From: an uncultured Acidobacteriota bacterium
Lineage (GTDB): Bacteria; Acidobacteriota; Thermoanaerobaculia; Multivoradales; JAHEKO01
Assembly: GCA_963713825.1 (NCBI GenBank)
Contig: CAVQNG010000005.1
Span: 480,001-544,000, forward strand
Direction of reading: 5' to 3'
Length of the DNA stretch: 64,000 nt
Positions 56,945-64,000 of the stretch are shown here, in pieces. Each line of letters starts with the position of its first letter. Within the stretch, counting starts at the first letter, position 1. A model generated the notes under the pieces. The model was given only the letters and a program-made list of their open reading frames with translations, was not told the DNA's origin and made no database searches. A program made the position numbers and the translations under genes.

Positions 56945-57760
56945 TCAGCCCGCCTTCTTGCCCTTGAGCGCCATGAAGACCAGCAGGATGCCGACTCCGA
57001 TGACGATCAGGCCAGGAACCAGCCACGGGGAGATACCCTCTGACGGTGGGGGACCGGCTTGGGTCGACGCAGCTCCGGCACCGGGTTGTGCCGGCATCGG
57101 TGCCTGGGCTCCTGCGGGCGGGGGCTGTTGTGCGGTCGGCTGGAGTGCGCTGGCGGTGAGAGTCGGTGTGGACTTGTTGTAGTCGACCTCGATCGTGAAG
57201 GAAAGCTCGGCCCCGGCAGGGCCCAGATCCTCGCGCTGATAGATGAGACCGTCATTGGCGAGAGCCGGCGCTGCACTGGCGGGCTGTACCGTGAAACCGG
57301 TGGCTCCAATCGGCTGCAGCACCTCGAAGACAACGCGGTCGATCTCCAGGCCCCCTGGCCATTGTAAGTGGTAGTGGCGTTTCTCGGTGCTGACGTCGAG
57401 AGGCACGTAGTACTCGAGGCGAATCTCGGGTGCGTCGGTGGAGATGTAGACGGTGCTCATCTCCTCTCCTGGCTCGAGCATCGATTGGGCGACGAGTAGA
57501 CCGCCACCTGGGAATCGCTTGGCTACGGCGCTGGGACTGCCTGCCGCGGTCGGGATGGGGAGAGGCACCGAAGTGGGAAGCGGTGTGTCCGGTGACAGAA
57601 AGCCCCGCAGCATTACGAGCACGGAGGGTTGGTCGTACTCCGGCCAGATAGAGATCTCCAGGCGCTCGAGGTGCGGTGTAGCCGGCCCAGGCGCATCCTG
57701 GGCGAAGGAGACCAGCGGGATGAGTAGAAGACAAGCAAAGAGAAAGATGGCTCTGTGCAT
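56945..57760 (-). CDS. Exported protein with a C-terminal membrane anchor, function unknown
   Basis: Signal peptide, IWPEYDQPSVLVM, Pro/Ala linker, C-terminal TM and basic tail. Confidence 0.7.
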   Translation of the reverse strand: MHRAIFLFACLLLIPLVSFAQDAPGPATPHLERLEISIWPEYDQPSVLVMLRGFLSPDTPLPTSVPLPIPTAAGSPSAVAKRFPGGGLLVAQSMLEPGEEMSTVYISTDAPEIRLEYYVPLDVSTEKRHYHLQWPGGLEIDRVVFEVLQPIGATGFTVQPASAAPALANDGLIYQREDLGPAGAELSFTIEVDYNKSTPTLTASALQPTAQQPPPAGAQAPMPAQPGAGAASTQAGPPPSEGISPWLVPGLIVIGVGILLVFMALKGKKAG

Positions 57761-57862
57761 TTCGTAGAGTCTCCGGGACAAGAGAAGGTCACACTGACGG
57801 CCGGCAGGGGCGCCTGGCACCCCCTCCCACCCCGGCTGGCAGAGGCGCCAGCCGCTTCCAAT

Positions 57863-58281
57863 GGGCGGGGGCAAGCCCCGCCCCTACACTAACAAGCCAA
57901 GGGCAAGCCCCGCCCCAATAACAACAAGCCAAGGGCGAGCGGATGCCCAACTACGACAGTGCCAGGGTAAGCGTCTACCCTGAACGGTCTCCTTTCTGCC
58001 TGATGATTCTAAACGCGATGAGGCCGACGAACCAAACGAGAGTTAGCGATACGAAGATCCATTCCAGGACGTAGTGCGGTTGATTCCCGGTCGTGATGTC
58101 ATCCAGGGCCGCGTAGCAGAGGACCAGGAGGATGATGGAGATAGTGAAGGTGAGGAACCGTTTCATAGACACCGCCAACAACGATACATCACCAAGGGCG
58201 GGGACAAGCCCCGCCCTTACATCGGATGTAGGTTCCCCAGGACCCAAGCCCCAGGACGGGCGGCAAGTAGCGCCGCCCTAC
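57863..58281 (-). repeat. Cluster of inverted GTAG-type REP hairpins around a small gene
   Basis: GGGCGGGGGCAAGCCCCGCCCCTAC at 57863, a partial copy at 57901, variants at 58196 and 58258. Confidence 0.75.
57975..58166 (-). CDS. Small two-TM protein (63 aa)
   Basis: MKRFLTFTISIILLVLCYAALDDITTGNQPHYVLEW... Confidence 0.6.
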   Translation of the reverse strand: MKRFLTFTISIILLVLCYAALDDITTGNQPHYVLEWIFVSLTLVWFVGLIAFRIIRQKGDRSG

Positions 58282-59276
58282 AGCTCCGCCTTCCAGGACT
58301 TGAGGATGTCCATGTAGTTGGCGCGTTCGTAGGCGCCGGGGTCGGGGCTGCGGCTCAGGTTCATCGAGCCCTTGGCCTGGGTCAGGGAGTCGTAGTCGTG
58401 GTCGATGAGCCACTGGGCCAGCTCGCGGCGCACGATGCGCAGGTAGTCGGGGCCGTGCCTGAGCAGGGCCGAGACCATTTGCACGGCATCGGCACCGGTC
58501 ATGATCGCCTTGACCGCGTCGATCTCGCCATGCACGCCGCCGCTGACCGCGAAGGAGCAGTTCAATTGCCCCGTTAGGATCGCCAGCCAGCGCAGTCGCA
58601 GGAGCAGTGCCGATGAGGTGGAAAGGACCAGGGTCCGTTGTACCTCGAGCTCTTCGACGTCGATGTCGGCCTGGTAGAAGCGGTTGAAGAGCACCAGGCC
58701 GTCCGCCCCGGCATCTTCCAGGTGCTTGCCGAAGCTGGCCAGCGAGGTGTAGTAGGCGGAGAGCTTGACCGCCACCGGGATCGAGATCTGTTGCTTGACC
58801 TCGGTGATGATCTCGACGAAGCGCTGCTCGAGCTCGGCACCGCTCTCGTTCGGGTCCGTGGCCAGGTGGTAGACGTTCAATTCCAGGGCGTCGGCGCCGG
58901 TCTCCTCGATGAGGCGGGCGTACTCCAACCAGCGGCCCTTGGTGGTTCCATTGAGCGAGCCGATGACCGGCACGTTGACGGCCTCGACGACCCGCCGCAC
59001 CTTGTTCAGGTATTCGTCTGGGCCATAGGAGAGGGAGTCGGGCTCTGGAAAGTAAGACAGCGCCTCGGCGAAGGAGTTGGCAGGATCCTCCGTGAGCCGC
59101 GAGGCCGCTACCTCTTCATGCACAATCTGCTCTTCGAAGAGAGAGTTCATGCAGATGGCCGCGGCGCCGGCGTCCTCCAGCTGCTTCACGGTGTCCATGT
59201 CGTCCACCATCGGGGAGGCCCCTGGCATGAAGGGGTGGGGCAGGTCGAAACCTAGATATCGAGTCGACAGGTCCAT
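58278..59276 (-). CDS. Dihydroorotate dehydrogenase-like FMN protein (PFOR-associated)
   Basis: MDLSTRYLG, SLFEEQI, ALELN, PVAVKLS, LVLFNRFYQ, SGGVH, YERANY. Confidence 0.88.
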   Translation of the reverse strand: MDLSTRYLGFDLPHPFMPGASPMVDDMDTVKQLEDAGAAAICMNSLFEEQIVHEEVAASRLTEDPANSFAEALSYFPEPDSLSYGPDEYLNKVRRVVEAVNVPVIGSLNGTTKGRWLEYARLIEETGADALELNVYHLATDPNESGAELEQRFVEIITEVKQQISIPVAVKLSAYYTSLASFGKHLEDAGADGLVLFNRFYQADIDVEELEVQRTLVLSTSSALLLRLRWLAILTGQLNCSFAVSGGVHGEIDAVKAIMTGADAVQMVSALLRHGPDYLRIVRRELAQWLIDHDYDSLTQAKGSMNLSRSPDPGAYERANYMDILKSWKAEL

Positions 59277-59288
59277 GGCTAATCTCTC

Positions 59289-62882
<3,594 letters not shown>

Positions 62883-63183
62883 TGTGGATCCTTGTGTTGA
62901 CGCCAGATTCGCTGCGCTTATTGGCTTGAGGGCTTAGGGGCGTAAGGGCCTAGGGGCGTAGGGGTTCAAGGGACTAGAGACGTAGGGCCCCGGCCGCTTC
63001 AATCAATGCAGGCTAGCAGCAGGTACAGGGGCAGCCTACACCCAGGTGGGTGGACCCGGGGGCGAGAATGCCCCACCCTCAAGGGTGGGTGTGAGGCTAC
63101 CCATCTGCCTCTGGTACGGTGGGCAGGTCAGAGTAATGATTAAGTGGGGTGATCTCCTAGCAGCCCCAACAAGGGGAATCAAC

Positions 63184-64000
63184 ATGCGCAAGAAACGTGA
63201 CCCGATGCCGCCGAAGTACGAGGGGATGCATCCCGAAAGCCTGATGATGAGCTACGGCTATGTGCCGGCCTGGTCTGAAGGGTCGGTCAAGCCGCCCATC
63301 TTCCAGACCTCGACTTTCGCTTTCGAGACTGCCGAAGAGGGCAAGGAGTTCTTCCAGTGGGCCTATGGCCTCAAGGAAAGGGACCCCGACAAGCCGATGG
63401 GGCTGATCTACAGTCGCCTCAACAACCCCGATCTGGAGATTCTCGAGGAGCGTCTCAAACTGTGGGACGAAGCGGAAGCCAGCGCAGTGTTCTCGTCTGG
63501 CATGTCGGCGATCTCGACTTCACTGCTGGCCCTGGTTCCGATCGGCGAGGCGGTGGTCTTTTCGCGGCCGATCTACGGTGGTACCGACCTGCTGCTCGAG
63601 ACGATCCTGCCGGAGCGGGGCATCGTGACCCGAGAGTTCAGGGCGCGTTCCGAGCCAGAGGAGGTCGATGCCATCTGTGAGGAGCTCAAGGCCGCTGGTA
63701 CTCCGGCGAAGGTGATCTTCCTGGAGACGCCAGCCAACCCGACGATGTGTATGACCGACATCGGGGGGATGGCCGAAGTGGCTCACAAGCACGGAGCCCT
63801 TTGCCTGGTAGACAACACATTCATGGGCCCGCTGTATCAGAAGCCGCTCAAGCACGGAGCGGACCTGGTGCTCTATTCGGCCACCAAGTATCTGGGCGGG
63901 CACAGCGATCTGGTGGCGGGCGTCGCCCTCGGCTCTTGCGAGCTCATCGAGAGGGTCAAGCTGTATCGCACGATTCTGGGCACTATGCTGGAGCCCTTCT
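63184..64000 (+). CDS. Cys/Met-metabolism PLP enzyme (cystathionine gamma-synthase / methionine gamma-lyase family), runs off the right edge
   Basis: Not in the ORF track. PPIFQTSTF, YSRLNNP, FSSGMSAI, ETPANP, VDNTF, YSATKYLGGHSD (PLP lysine). Confidence 0.9.
   Translation, partial: MRKKRDPMPPKYEGMHPESLMMSYGYVPAWSEGSVKPPIFQTSTFAFETAEEGKEFFQWAYGLKERDPDKPMGLIYSRLNNPDLEILEERLKLWDEAEASAVFSSGMSAISTSLLALVPIGEAVVFSRPIYGGTDLLLETILPERGIVTREFRARSEPEEVDAICEELKAAGTPAKVIFLETPANPTMCMTDIGGMAEVAHKHGALCLVDNTFMGPLYQKPLKHGADLVLYSATKYLGGHSDLVAGVALGSCELIERVKLYRTILGTMLEPF

Noticed and set aside
58278-59276. Pyrimidine-biosynthetic pyrD
   Set aside because: Has ALELNVY rather than the catalytic ELNxSCP loop, and is coupled to PFOR; annotated only as DHOD-like

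Overview
GC-rich bacterial window dominated by anaerobic energy metabolism and extracellular electron transfer (EET). The lineage may be Acidobacteriota/Thermoanaerobaculia, a weak inference from an IFxDGFExGD C-terminal motif. Left to right: a heme-c sensor kinase with two unusual response regulators (one fused to a lysine-less GcvH-like domain, one membrane-anchored); a RAYT-type HUH transposase with inverted terminal motifs; a Hyb-type [NiFe] hydrogenase (hybO-A-B-C) with hypAB, a Ni transporter and hypFCDE; an orphan Tat/lipoprotein Rieske protein; two convergent SDR/globin-like paralogues, one bracketed by a ~330-bp inverted repeat pair; a carbamoyltransferase-SxtJ-SxtK triad; a decaheme MtrA/DmsE with an MtrB-like porin that has its own CxxCH and an in-frame UGA followed by a SECIS-like hairpin (probable selenoprotein); vapBC; ChaN-PDZ; then ~25 kb containing an OmcS-type hexaheme cytochrome-nanowire gene with its apparent assembly/secretion cluster (beta-propellers, OM barrel, two CsgG/DUF799-like proteins, PPIase, 26- and 16-heme cytochromes, SpeE-like and TMTC-like membrane enzymes), a sigma54 promoter, enhancer/Rex-like palindromes, a heme-c kinase and an NtrC-family activator; finally a DHOD-like gene, PFOR and a partial Cys/Met PLP enzyme. 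Intergenic DNA holds several REP-like repeat families. Three single-base frameshifts (hypD once, the NtrC gene twice) are probably sequencing errors. All family assignments are from motif recognition and recalled family knowledge; no searches were run.
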